DNA of 64,000 bases, taken from NCBI GenBank assembly GCA_002269645.1, contig NIVC01003028.1:7440-71439 (forward strand), given 5' to 3'. Shown piece by piece: positions 25,283-38,117 of the stretch. Every line of letters begins with the position of its first letter. The stretch's first letter is position 1. This DNA is from Macrostomum lignano (lineage: Eukaryota). The notes under the pieces were generated by a model, which saw nothing but the letters and a program-made list of their open reading frames with translations, made no database searches and was not told the DNA's origin. Position numbers and translations under genes: made by a program.

Positions 25283-27191
25283 TCACAGCTCGCACTCCCG
25301 CTCCATCTGGCTCAGCATCTCGATGCAGCGGCGCAGCGCGGCTGGATCCCGGCTCCAGCTGCCAGTCAGGTGCAGCTCCTCGGGCTCCGGGTCCTCGGCC
25401 AGCCTGAGTAGCCATTCGGCCTCGCCGACAGGGCGTCGAGCTCCGGGCGGCAGCAGCTGCAGGCAGAGCGCCCGCCACAGGCAGGTGAAGTTGCACATGT
25501 ACAGCTGGTGCCTCTCGGACAGGCAGGTGGGGAAATGCCGTCTGGCCAGGTGCGGCAGGTAGTCAAAGCTCGGCCGTCGTCGGAACCGGAAGCAGAATCG
25601 GCCAGCAACGGCGGCCGGAAACTGTGCGGCGGCTTCGGACAGGCGGCGTGGATCGACCCCGGCGCCGGCTGCCACAGCGTCGGCCGCGGCTGCATCCAGA
25701 CCGCGCCGAAGGTCGATCGGGCGCCAGTCTTCTGCTGGCGACGCGGAGAGCGCGCGCCTGGCGGCGCCCTCGTCACCAAAGCGCAGATGAGTCATGGCAG
25801 TCAGGCAGACGGCGGCAAGTCCGCAGTTCGGTTCCAGCTGCTCCAGCTGACGCAGCAGCCCCGCTCGGTCGGAGGCGGCCCCGATGGCGCCGCCGCTGTC
25901 GTCAAGCGACTCCAGGCAGCGGTGCACGAAGCTGTACCAGCTGGGCGGAAAATTTGATCGAAGCCGCAACAGCGGCGGCTCTGGCGAGGCCGGCAGCAGG
26001 GCGAACGGCTGGAACAGCAGCGGGGGACTGTCGGGGCTCGGCAGCGGGCGCACCGTGTCGGAGGCGAGGCGCCACAGTCGGCCAGGGTTGGCGAGCAGCT
26101 CGGCGAGGGCTTCCACGGCGCGCGACTTTGCCAGCAGCGAGTCCGCCTCCGGCCCGTCGAAGCGCAGCCACCACCAGTCGTCAGCATTGGATGCTTCGGG
26201 CTCCTCTGCTGCGGTCGAAACCGCCCCAGCTGTAGCCTCTACGGCGCCGACTGGGGCGAAGAACTGCGGCAGGCTGAGGCCGGGCCGGGCATCGCTTGCC
26301 AGCAGGCGGTCCAGCAGCCGCAGAGCCTCCTTGACCCGCTGAACCAACCGCTCCTCCTCTGGCCAGTCCGAGCAGACGCGGCTCGATTCGACGCCTGCGG
26401 CCAGCGCGTGAAACAACAGCTGCTTGGCGTGCCGCGAGCCCAGGCCCGGAATCAGGCGGCCGCAGGCCAGCTTCAGCAGCAGGAACAGGCGGCCCTGCGC
26501 GGTCGTCAGTTGGCGCATCGCCGCCCGCTCCGCCAGGCAGCAGTCCGGCCGGAGGCGGCCATCAGCCCAGCGGACCAGCAGCAGCGGCGGCGGCGGCGGC
26601 GGCTTCGACGTCCTCCGATCCGCCGGTTTTTTGCTGGGCCGCCTCTGTGGCGGCGCCCGCTTCGCCGGCTCGTTGCCATTGGAAACGGCGAAGCCAGCGC
26701 TGCTGTTGTTGCCGTCGCCGCATGGGCAGCAGCAGTGGAAGGCTGTCCACTCGCGCTGAGCTGGCCGAGACAAAGTGGCCGGCGGTCCCGACTGCGGCGA
26801 CGGTGTTGCCGACTGGCTGGCCGGCGAGCTCCGGCTGCCTCGGCGCCGCCCGGCGCAGCTGCACAGACCTTCGGGATGGAGCAGCGACTGCCGAGCGCTG
26901 CCGCCTCGGCGCTCTCCGCCGCCGTTTCCCGTGCCATCGGTGTCCGGCAGCAGCAGCCAGTTGATGTCGGTGCGCGGCCCGGGCCGGCCGCTGGCCTGCA
27001 CAATGTTGGCGCCCCAGCCGTCGGCGAGGCTGCCAACCAGCAGGCGCTCGTCCTGCGTGACGTCCCTGCCGAGCTCCTCCAGGCAGTCGGCGAGGCCGCA
27101 GAGCCGCCCGATCCGCTCCGAGTTGAATCCGGCCAGCGACAGCAGGCGGTTGAGCCGGCGACTGAGTTGGCGTTCCGCCTGCTCCACCGAA
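25283..27191 (-). CDS. Terminal exon encoding a degenerate Mab-21/cGAS-like (cGLR) nucleotidyltransferase-fold region
   Basis: LVGSLADGWG...RTDINW resembles the GS..DxD motif. LAERAAMRQL..RLFLLLK...GLGSRHAKQLLFH resembles the Mab-21 helical lobe (..SY-x-LK..). The ORF starts at GTG, not ATG, just after a strong acceptor (C13-TGTAG, AG at 27193-27192). Confidence 0.68.
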
Positions 27192-27727
27192 CTACAGGGG
27201 GGGGGGGGTGCAATGCGCGGGTTAAGTCAGTTTTTCTGAGGTTAGTCAGTTCCTCTGACAAACAGTTCCACAAAGTTCGAGGCTCTGTGCTTGTCTGTAT
27301 ACGCAGGTTTTTACATCAACATCTAAAATTGTTGCGCATTCACTCTTTTGGCTAACTTTTAGCGGAATCGAGTCGGAGACTTTGCCAGGCGAAACTGCCC
27401 CTAAAAGCAAAAAAACTCTAGCGTGGGGAATTAATACCGAACTCTTCCCGGAGCCTGCTGCAGACAGCCGATGCTCTTCAACTGACACCTAGAAGAACTT
27501 CTAAGGGAACGCAGTCCGGTCATCGAATGTCCGGTTTGCAGCTTCAAATTTTTTAATGATTTTTCTCTCCTTCCCTTAAGCCTCCCGTTCGAATCACATC
27601 CCTGCTAGCACAATTTTTTAATTCGAAGTAGAATTAAACGGATTTAAAAGGGGATCATGCTAAGGTGTGAGTTTTTAGTTGAGTTTGCCTCCCACAGTCG
27701 GTCCGCGTGCTGATTCCGCTAACGCCT

Positions 27728-28033
27728 GATAATAATAATAACTGATTAACCTGCCCCAATGGCCAGATGTGGAACCGACAGCTCAGCCGCAGCTATTGCA
27801 CGTCTCATCTGAAGGCTGCGTACGGCTGTTCAGTCCAAGGACTGGTGGGGGGCCGCCGCACACACCCTCAATTACCCCAGCTAATGCTGGCACCCATTTT
27901 ACAGCTGGGTGAACTGAAGTAATGCAGATTTGAGTGTCTTGCTCAAGGACACAAAGTGTTACGAGTGGATTGAGAATCGAACCCCCGACCTTTCAGTCGT
28001 GAGTCCGACGCTCTAACCACTCTGCTACAACCC
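27728..28033 (-). mobile_element. tRNA-derived SINE with CORE-like central domain, copy 1
   Basis: Head with A-box (TAGCAGAGTGG) and B-box (GGTTCGATTC); central TGTCCTTGAGCAAGACAC..CTGTAAAATGGG resembling the MIR/CORE domain; (TTA)n tail. A second copy lies at 54838. Confidence 0.85.
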
Positions 28034-28110
28034 CTGAACATACTCGAGAACCAGACGCGTCACCACTGGAGCTGCTCTGCCCACCACCGCCCCGCTGCTG
28101 GGCAATTCAA

Positions 28111-28745
<635 letters not shown>

Positions 28746-28762
28746 TATCCATTATATCCAGC

Positions 28763-29730
28763 TCACACAGCCAGCCGGCCGCACAGCCACAGCGAGTTCT
28801 CGCACGGCACGAGGAGGCAGCGCAGTCGGAGTGCCTGACCGCTGCCAGTCGACAGGCGAAGCAGCGACCGGATTAGCGGATCTGGCGAGGCCGCTGCCGC
28901 TTTGGGGGCTACCGGAAGTTGGCGGCTCGGCTGCTGGCAGTCGAACTGAACAACGCTGACTCTGGGAGCCGCTAAGGTCGCCGCCTCGCTCCGGCGGACA
29001 ATCCGAATTCCGCTGATGTCGTGTCCGGACAGGCGGCCAAAGCCAACTACCTCTCCTGTTCCGGTTCCGCTTCCGGTTCCCCTTCTGTTGTCACTCTTGT
29101 GTTCGGTTTTACTTTCTCGTCTGTTTACTTTCCTATGGTCGCTTCCGGCTGCGCTGACTCGTTTACTGCTTCGCCTTCTGCTTTCGCTCCGTTTTCTTTT
29201 GCTGTCGCTTTCGGTTTGATTTCCGGTTCTGGTTCCGTCCGCTACTTCCGGAGGCCAGGCCAATTCGCTCTCGCTGACCAGAGCCACGAGAGCGCCGCTG
29301 CCTCGGCACTGCTCGATGCCGCGCTGCAGATCCCGCTCGCTGCCGGCCGGATCGGCTGGTCGGTAGTGCACGCAGGACGCCGGCTGCCACGGCCCGCCGC
29401 CGCCGCCACCCGCGCGGCTGATTCTCAGGCTGAGCTGATCGAACTGGTCCGTAGAGCCGCACACGACCAGCTCACTTCCGGTTAGCTCGGCTCCGAGCTC
29501 AGCATCCGCATAGTCCGATTCCTCATCCTGAGCGGCAGTGTCCACCTCGTCGGCCGCATTATTGGTCCTGGCGTAGAAGGTCAGGCAGGCGAAGGTGACC
29601 ACCAGGTGCAGAGTTGCCAGACGATAGCGTCGCTGTCTTCGATGCTGCAGCGGCTGCGGCTCTGGAGTCCTGGAGTTTTAAAGACTGATATTGAAATTTT
29701 AAAGCTTGCGAAAATTTTAATAGTCTCACC

Positions 29731-29789
<59 letters not shown>

Positions 29790-29856
29790 AAACAACAACA
29801 ACAACAACAGCAACAACAACAATAACAGCAACAACAACAACAACAGCAACAATAAT

Positions 29857-29893
<37 letters not shown>

Positions 29894-31261
29894 GAATACG
29901 CGTTCAGCGTCATAGGGCGCGCCTCAGGGCAAGGTCGCGAATGAACGCCACGCCGCCGGCCGAATCCGGGGCGCCGGCGTCAGCCAGCAGGCAGTCGACG
30001 AAACGCCGAGTGCGCACCTGTCCCCACCGGTAGGGTGCCTGCAGCGTTAGCAGCAGCACCTCCTGCACCGACTCTGGGCAGTACGACTCGGCGCGGATGA
30101 GATGGCCTGCCAGCTGGAGTCGCCGACGGCGCAACAGGTCGCTTGGACGAACCAGGCCGGCGCGGTGATAAAAAGGACAGTCTCGATCACCGCCTGGAAC
30201 AACGCCGCCCTCTGGCGGTCAGGTAAGGCCTCGAACTGCAGGACAGCTCTCATAGAACGAAAGGCAGCTCAGGCAAGCTCGCAAATCCTCGCGGACGCCG
30301 GGAACCAGACCACCGAGGTAGACAAACTGCTGACAACGCGGAAGCTCTGTCGCCTGTCCATCAGCGCATCGACACAAAAAGTCTCAAAAAGCTGGTTGGT
30401 TAAAGATCTGTGGGTCAGACGCTGGCCTGCTACGCGCCATGCCCTCAAGAGATCGTCGACGCGGCACGATTTGCGCCGTGACCTGTGACCTGCTGCGCCG
30501 TCGGCGACTCCAGCTGGCGTCCGCTAGCGCCCCTGACTGGGTGGCTTGCGGCGGGGTGGCTTTTGTTCGCCCTGTAATGCCGCCTTCTAAAGACCCTGAC
30601 AGCGCATTTTGTTGCTGTTAATGTTGCTTCTAGTTGACTATGATTCTGAATCTGACAATGTCAAAAGGTCAAACCTTGCTGACTGAGATGATGGTAGCGG
30701 CTCCTCCAGCTGCTCCCAGTCCCGCTGCAGCAGCTCGGCCGGGCAGAGCAGGCGCAGCCGCCCCTTCTGGTGCCGCCCGTGCAGGCAGGCGGCGGCCATG
30801 CGGCACAGGTCGAACAGCAGCAGGTGGCCCGGCCGGCTGTCGCTTGTCGCCGCGTCGCACAGCCTCTTGTCCGGGAATCGAACCCGGACCCGATGGTGCG
30901 GCGAGCGCCACCAGAAGCCGCCGTTGTCCTCGTTGCTAGCGGCATCTTCGACGGCGTTGAAGAATTCGTCTCGACAGTCGGTCGCAACGTCGGCATCGTC
31001 GGGTTGGTCGGCGGCGAAGGTCAACTTGACCGGGGCGCCGCGCTCCCTGCCGCTGATCCAGTCGTAGTCCGCTGTCGCCACCGACCAGCTCGACGGCGGC
31101 GCTTCTGCACCTTCTTTGGAAGCTCCGTCGGCGTCTTCAGCGATGAATCCGCTGCGCCTCAGCTGCTCCGTCACGGTGCCGTCATGCTGCGCCAGGCAGG
31201 CCGACCACAAGTCCAGAGACGGGCCGCCTGCCGCGTCTTCTTTAGCGGCTTCAACTGGCAT
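28763..31261 (-). CDS. Uncharacterised protein, exons 31261-30675 and 29669-28767; probably spliced onto the Mab-21-like exon at 27191
   Basis: GC-rich coding-like ORFs 30638-31294 and 28763-29602 are joined by a phase-2 GT-AG intron (30674-29670). The apparent stop at 28765-28763 lies within a GT|GTGAGC donor that is in phase with the 27191 acceptor. Confidence 0.6.
29730..29892. repeat. (CAA)n / (TTG)n microsatellite forming the 3' tail of the adjacent LINE
   Basis: Begins 17 nt after the LINE stop codon on the - strand. Confidence 0.9.
29893..30575 (-). mobile_element. Decayed, 5'-truncated RTE-like non-LTR retrotransposon 3' end, plus an inverted internally deleted fragment (30487-30575, + strand)
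   Basis: Broken frames give GQATELPRCQQFVYLGGLVP, LPDRQRAALFQAVIETVL and RRRRLQLAGHLIRAESY...ALRRAL*, resembling the post-RT C-terminus of RTE-clade ORFs, followed by a simple-repeat tail. Clade call is by recognition, not by search. Confidence 0.75.
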
Positions 31262-31636
31262 TTCTCTCTGAGCACCAACTCTGCTTCGGGTCAACGGCTG
31301 GCCTTTTTTCTCTGTCAGGGCGGCGGCTTGAGTGGGCGGGCGTTGCTCAGAGTCTCGCGGCCAGAAAATTTCTCACGCGTTCGGCCGGCTTCGCTGGGGA
31401 GATTCGCACGCCTGGGAAAAAGAAGTTTTTTAAATTTCTTCTTTGCCACTTTGCCACAGCGGGCTGAATGAGCCGAGGTGGGACAGCATCAATGGAGAAG
31501 TTTGTGATAGCGAATATAACTACTAACAGTAGGATAGTAGGCACACGAGCGGTAGCGGGTCAAACTCTCTTAAGCTTTGCTTGCGGCCAAATTAATTTAA
31601 AAAAAAAAAATTGGCCTGCGGCTTGTCGTGCGAGAG

Positions 31637-32094
31637 CCCCCACTCTCCCACTGCCCCCACTCTCCCACTGCCCCCACTCTCCCACTGCCCCCACTCTCCC
31701 ACTGCCCCACTCTCCCACTGCCCCCACTCTCCCACTGCCCCCACTCTCCCACTGCCCCCACTCTCCCACTGCCCCCACTCTCCCACTGCCCCCACTCTCC
31801 CACTGCCCCCACTCTCCCACTGCCCCCACTCTCCCACTGCCCCCACTCTCCCACTGCCCCCACTCTCCCACTGCCCCCACTCTCCACTGCCCCACTCTCC
31901 CACTGCCCCACTCTCCCACTGCCCCCACTCTCCCACTGCCCCCACTCTCCCACTGCCCCCACTCTCCCACTGCCCCACTCTCCCACTGCCCCCACTCTCC
32001 CACTGCCCCACTCTCCCACTGCCCCACTCTCCCACTGCCCCACTCTCCCACTGCCCCCACTCTCCCACTGCCCCCACTCTCCCACTGCCCCACT
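31637..32094. repeat. 16/17-bp minisatellite (ACTCTCCCACTGCCCCC)n, ~27 units
   Basis: Direct reading. Confidence 0.96.
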
Positions 32095-32611
32095 AATCCT
32101 AATTCTTAATTTTAAATGTACAAGTATCTCAAATTATTTTTTCATAGACCACCATAGGCAGTTCCAGCACTTTTGGAACATTTAAAAGGCGGTAGAGTGC
32201 ACACGAGAGAGAAAGAAGAGAAGAGGATGATGAAGCTCGGATTCTGTCCCCCCTCAGCTCAAGTATCGATCGAAAGCCCACAGTTCAGAGGCGATCGATC
32301 GGCTTTTATGGCAGCGGGTCTTTCTCTCTTTTTCCTCTCTTTTCTCCACTCATTTCTCTCTTCTCTCCAGCTTCCCTAATCAGCTGCGGGTTGGGGGGCT
32401 TCATCGTAGCTGGTAAAGAAAGTATCAGCTGCGCTGGAGCTGTTCCTCCCGCAGACCGATTGGGGAATATTTTGCAGCGAACCCTCAATACTGTTTTTCC
32501 CTCCCTTCAATAGTAGGGGTCAGTTGCTCATTCTGAAACTCAGCACTATTTAATTTATGGACTTAAACAAGACCACTGCGTGCCGCGTGGAAGCAGCTGG
32601 GGCACGCCTCA

Positions 32612-32827
<216 letters not shown>

Positions 32828-32984
32828 AAGCTCAAGCTCAAGCTCGAATATATTTTTTATTTTAGCCCTGCCAGCTCTGTAACTGTCTGCACTGATCAAC
32901 TGGGCGGCTTCGATTTGAAGCTGGGATCCAGTATAAGTGCTGCTTCATCTGGAGTTGCAGTGAAGCCCTGCTCTCAGTCGTGAT

Positions 32985-34095
32985 ATCTCTTATCTCCCTC
33001 TCATCTTTCTCTGATCTCTCTGATCTCCCTTGATCCCTCTCTGATTTCTCTGATCTCTCTCTGATCTCTCTCTGATCTCCCTCTGATCTCCTTCTGATCT
33101 CTCTCTGATCTCTCTGATCTCTCTAATCTCTCTAATCTTTCCAGTCTCTCTGATCTCTCTTATCTCTCTTATCTCTCCTATCTCTCTAATCTCTCTGATC
33201 TCTCTAATCTCTCTGATCTCTCTAATCTCTCTGATCTCTCTGATCTCTCTAATCTTTCTGATCTCTCTAATCTCTCTGATCTCTCTGATCTCTCTAATCT
33301 TTCTGATCTCTCTAATCTCTCTTATCTCTCTGATCTCTCTGATCTCTCTAATCTCTCTGATCTCTCTGATCTCTCCTATCTCTCTTATCTCTCCTATCTC
33401 TCTAATCTCTCTGATCTCTCTAATCTCTCTGATCTCTCTAATCTCTCTGATCTCTCTGATCTCTCTAATCTCTCTAATCTTTCTGATCTTTCTGATCTCT
33501 CTAATCTCTCTAATCTCTCTGATCTCTCTGATTTCTCTAATCTTTCTGATCTCTCTAATCTCTCTGATCTCTCTGATCTCTCTAATCTTTCTGATCTCTC
33601 TGATCTCTCTGATCTCTCTAATCTCTCTGATCTCTCTGATTTCTCTAATCTCTCTGATCTCTCTAATCTCTCTGATCTCTCTGATCTCTCTAATCTTTCT
33701 GATCTCTCTAATCTCTCTGATCTCTCTAATCTCTCTGATCTCTCTGATCTCTCTAATCTTTCTGATCTCTCTGATCTCTCTAATCTCTCTAATCTCTCTG
33801 ATCTCTCTGATCTCTCTAATCTTTCTGATCTCTCTAATCTCTCTGATCTCTCTGATCTCTCTAATCTTTCTGATCTCTCTAATCTCTCTGATCTCTCTGA
33901 TCTCTCTAATCTTTCTGATCTCTCTGATCTCTCTGATCTCTCTAATCTCTCTAATCTCTCTGATCTCTCTGATCTCTCTAATCTTTCTGATCTCTCTGAT
34001 CTCTCTAATCTCTCTAATCTCTCTGATCTCTCTGATCTCTCTGATCTTTCTGATCTCTCTAATCTCTCTGATCTCTCTGATCTCTCTCTGATTTC
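32985..34095. repeat. 9-bp satellite (CTCTCTGAT / CTCTCTAAT)n
   Basis: IRE/SER tripeptide periodicity. Confidence 0.95.
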
Positions 34096-34869
34096 TGCTA
34101 TATTGCAAGACTCCTTAATTCGCAATATATTCTCACACGGATGTTTCCCAGCCTACAAAATCCTTCCCAACAATCAGTCATATCATGATTAATGGCTTAT
34201 GACTTATGATTCGAATCTAAAATCGAATCCATCCCCCAGAAGAAGCAGGCATAGAAGTGAGTTCCAAAGCAGTCTAATTTAGTAAATTGCAGTCAAATGG
34301 ATTGATGGCTGGCTAGAGGGGGGGGGTCAGAGAAATCTTCCAACTTGCTTATTCCATCTAGCTAAAAGCTAAAAACTGGTCAATTTGAGCTGTAATAAAT
34401 CTAAAATCAGAGATTATTTATCCCCAATCTCAATCTTCAGTCCCGATTATTTTAGCCACTAAATATTCGTTCGTCTTCTCAGAGACTAATAGGTGAAAAA
34501 TCCTAGCTTTAATCTGCTCCCAACACTAATGCTCTCCTTGGTTCGTTTTTATGAAGCCCCTGATCGACCCTGACGCGGATGCGGCTCGACAGACAAGGGG
34601 GGGGGGTGGCGATCGATGCTAGCAGGAAGCTGCAGCCGCATCAGCCATTCTTCAGTTTGGGCGTCTCGAATATCCCCAAGAAAAGTGTCCCAAAGAGGGG
34701 AAAAAGTAGGATTTGATCAGTGCATCAAGCTACAAATGGCAGAAATCTGCTTTGTGGGGCTTAAGATGCTGTCAGGGCTGCATAAGTATTGACTGGGGTG
34801 CACTCAGCTCACTGACCTGACGTGGCCCCGAAAACCCGAAGTTTTTTTAGAACCCTCTCCGTCACAAGA

Positions 34870-35744
34870 TACTAATTGATTTCTCCCTCTGATCTCTACT
34901 ATTTCTCTGATCTAATATCTAATCTCGCTCTGATCTCTCTCTCTCTAATCTCCCTGATCTCTCTGATCTCTCTCTGATCTCTCTCTGATCTCTCTCTCTG
35001 ATCTCTCTGATCTCTCTAATCTCCCTGATCTCTCTGATCTCTCTCTGATCTCTCTCTGATCTCTCTCTCTGATCTCTCTGATCTCTATAATCTCCCTGAT
35101 CTCTCTGATCTCTCTCTGATCTCTCTCTGATCTCTCTCTCTCTCTGATCTCTCTGATCTCTCTAATCTCCCTGATCTCTCTGATCTTTCTCTGATCTCTC
35201 TCTCTAATCTCCCTGATCTCTCTGATCTCTCTCTGATCCCCCTCTGATCTCTCTCTCTGATCTCTCTGATCTCTCTCTGATCTCTCTGATCTCTCTCTGA
35301 TCTCTCTGATCTCTCTCTGATCTCTCTGATCTCTCTCTGATCTCTCTGATCTCTCTCCGATCTCTCTGATCTCTCTCTGATCTCTCTGATCTCTCTCTGA
35401 TCTCTCTGATCTATCTCTGATCTCTCTGATCTCTCTCTGATCTCTCTCTCTCTAATCTTTCTCTGATCTCTCTCTCTCTCTCTGATCTCTCTCTCTCTCT
35501 CTGATCTCTCTCTCTCTCTCTGATCTCTCTGATCTCTCTCTGATCTCTCTCTCTCTCTCTGATCTCTCTCTGATCTCTCTCTCTCTCTCTCTCTGATCTC
35601 TCTCTGATCTCTCTCTGATCTCTCTCTGATCTCTTTCTGATCCCTCTGATCTCTCTCTGATCTCTCTCTGATCTCTCTGATCTCTCTCTGATCTCTCTCT
35701 GATCTCTCTCTGATCTCTCTCTGATCTCTCTCTAATCTTTCTCT

Positions 35745-35784
<40 letters not shown>

Positions 35785-36525
35785 CTCTCTCTCTCTCTGA
35801 TCTCTCTCTCTCTCTCTGATCTCTCTGATCTCTCTCTGATCTCTCTCTCTCTGATCTCTCTCTGATCTCTCTCTCTCTCTGATCTCTCTCTGATCTCTCT
35901 CTGATCTCTCTCTGATCTCTTTCTGATCCCTCTGATCTCTCTCTGATCTCTCTCTGATCTCTCTGATCTCTCTCTGATCTCTCTCTCTGATCTCTCTGAT
36001 CTCTCTCTGATCTCTCTGATCTCTCTCTGATCTCTCTGATCTCTCTCTGATCTCTCTGATCTCTCTCTGATCTCTCTGATCTCTTTCTGATCCCTCTGAT
36101 CTCCCTGACCTCTCTCTGATCTCTCTGATCTCTCTCTGATCTCTCTGATCTCTCTGATCTCCCTGATCTCTCTGTCTCTCTGATCTCTCTCTGATCTCTC
36201 TGATCTCTCTGATCTCCCTGATCTCTCTCTCTCTGATCTCTCTCTGATCTCTCTGATCTCCCTGATCTCCCTGATCTCTCTGATCTCTCTCTCTCTCTGA
36301 TCTCTCTGATCTCTCTGATCTCTCTCTGATCTCTCTGATCTCTCTGATCTCTCTGATCTCCCTGATCTCTCTGTCTCTCTGATCTCTCTCTGATCTCTCT
36401 GATCTCCCTGATCTCCCTGATCTCTCTGATCTCTCTCTCTCTCTGATCTCTCTCGCTGATCTCTCTCTGATCTCTCTGATCTCTCTGATCTCCCTGATCT
36501 CCCTGATCTCTCACTGATCTCGCTC
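34870..36525. repeat. Variable (CT)x-GAT satellite related to the 33-kb array
   Basis: Units CTCTCTGAT, CTCTCTCTGAT and CTCCCTGAT. Confidence 0.95.
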
Positions 36526-37334
36526 TCTCTCAATGACAATGTCTGTTAAAAAAAATTCGCCGTTGTGTTATAGATTTTTGCTCATGACAGTTTGTTGTTT
36601 GTGAAGTGAAGGGGCGGAGGAGAGACAGGGGGAGAGGTGATTTGTGGGTGATAATGGGAGAGGGTGGGTGGTGGACGTGTATAACAACTTATAGTGAGAG
36701 AGAGACAGAGTGGGTGATAATGGGAGAAAGTGGCTGCCAGTAGAAGTCTGGTGGCATTGGGAGACACAGGGTTAAATTGGTTGCACTGACTATTCAGGCC
36801 GGGCGTTCAAGAAGAAAAAGAAGAAGCGTTGTTTCTCTTTCTCTCTCCATCTCTCCTAAAAGAGAGCTGCGAGTGTGAAGCAGGCAGAAGCAGATGCCGG
36901 CTGTTCAAAGCCGATAAAGAAATTGTCCAGCATGAAATTGTCCAGCTTAGAGAAGAAAATCGTTGAAAACTCGGGGCGGCGGAAGAGACGGGCGTGCAGG
37001 TAGGCTGGCGGGGTGGCATTGTGGAAAAGTCATTAGCACCCGTTGGCGCCTGACGGCTCTGGGCGCAGTTTTCAATTTCACATTTCCGATCGACTTCACC
37101 GACATCTCGCCGCTTCACGCGAATTCCAGCCTCCAATTAGTAGAGCGCGAAATTTGCCTCATCAAGCTGGGAGGTGGGGAGGGGAGACGGAAACTCTGGG
37201 GATGTCACGCAAACCGATTCAGCCGCAAAGAATCTCATCTTGAGCTGGGCTCTGCGATCTAACTTGTGCTCACACTTTCACCTCAGCTGCTATTCTGTCC
37301 GCATGATTCTCAGTCTGGCACTCTGATTGTATCT

Positions 37335-37645
37335 GTCTCACGCTTAATCTCACTCTGTGACTCTCTCCGTCTCACCCTAAATCTCACTCTGCGTCTTTCC
37401 CAGTCTCACACTTAATCTCACTCTGCGTCTCTCCCAGTCTCACACTTAATCTCACTGTGTCTCTCTCAATCTCACACTTAATCTCCCTCTGTGTCTCTCT
37501 CAGTCTCACCCTTAATCTCACTGTGTCTCTCTCAATCTCACACTTAATCTCCCTCTGTGTCTCTCTCAGTCTCACCCTTAATCTCACTGTACTGTGTCTC
37601 TCTCAGTCTCACCCTTAATTTCACTCTGTGACTCTCTCGGTGTCA
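37335..37645. repeat. ~34-bp minisatellite (CTTAATCTCACTCTGCGTCTCTCCCAGTCTCACA-like)
   Basis: About 9 degenerate units. Confidence 0.85.
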
Positions 37646-38117
37646 CTCCTAATCTCATTTAGTAAAGTTTTCATTACCAATCTCAAAGGGAATTTTTTAT
37701 TTCCCAGCTTCTCAGTTTTATTTTAATGTTTACATGCACATCAGTATGTTCTGAAATTTTTGTTCGCATAGTTAATTATCAAGCAAAAGAAAATATAATA
37801 TTTTACTTTTCGAATGTACTTACGAGTACTAACATTGCTATATTCATTTTTGATCTCACTCTGCTATACTTTTTCTGTCACTAATTCTCCATGGCGATTC
37901 TCTTTGAGAAAGTGGCCCTGGCCACTAGTCTCACTTCTGGGATTTGTGTGGAAGCCACTTCCCCCGCTATTTTATCCCATTTTCAGAGCGCAAACCGGTC
38001 TTAAATTAAGCCCTAAATTGCTTGCTTTGCCGCCATGAATTATGCATGCCAGTTGCCTCCGCATCTGTTTCTGAAGCCGAACTGTGACAACAGCTTCCAG
38101 TGCCCTGTGCCTTAGCG

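Noticed and set aside
25366-27355. Overlapping antisense and alternative-frame ORFs over the Mab-21-like exon and both GPCRs
   Set aside because: Typical shadows of GC-rich coding sequence; Arg/Ala/Pro-rich with no motifs.
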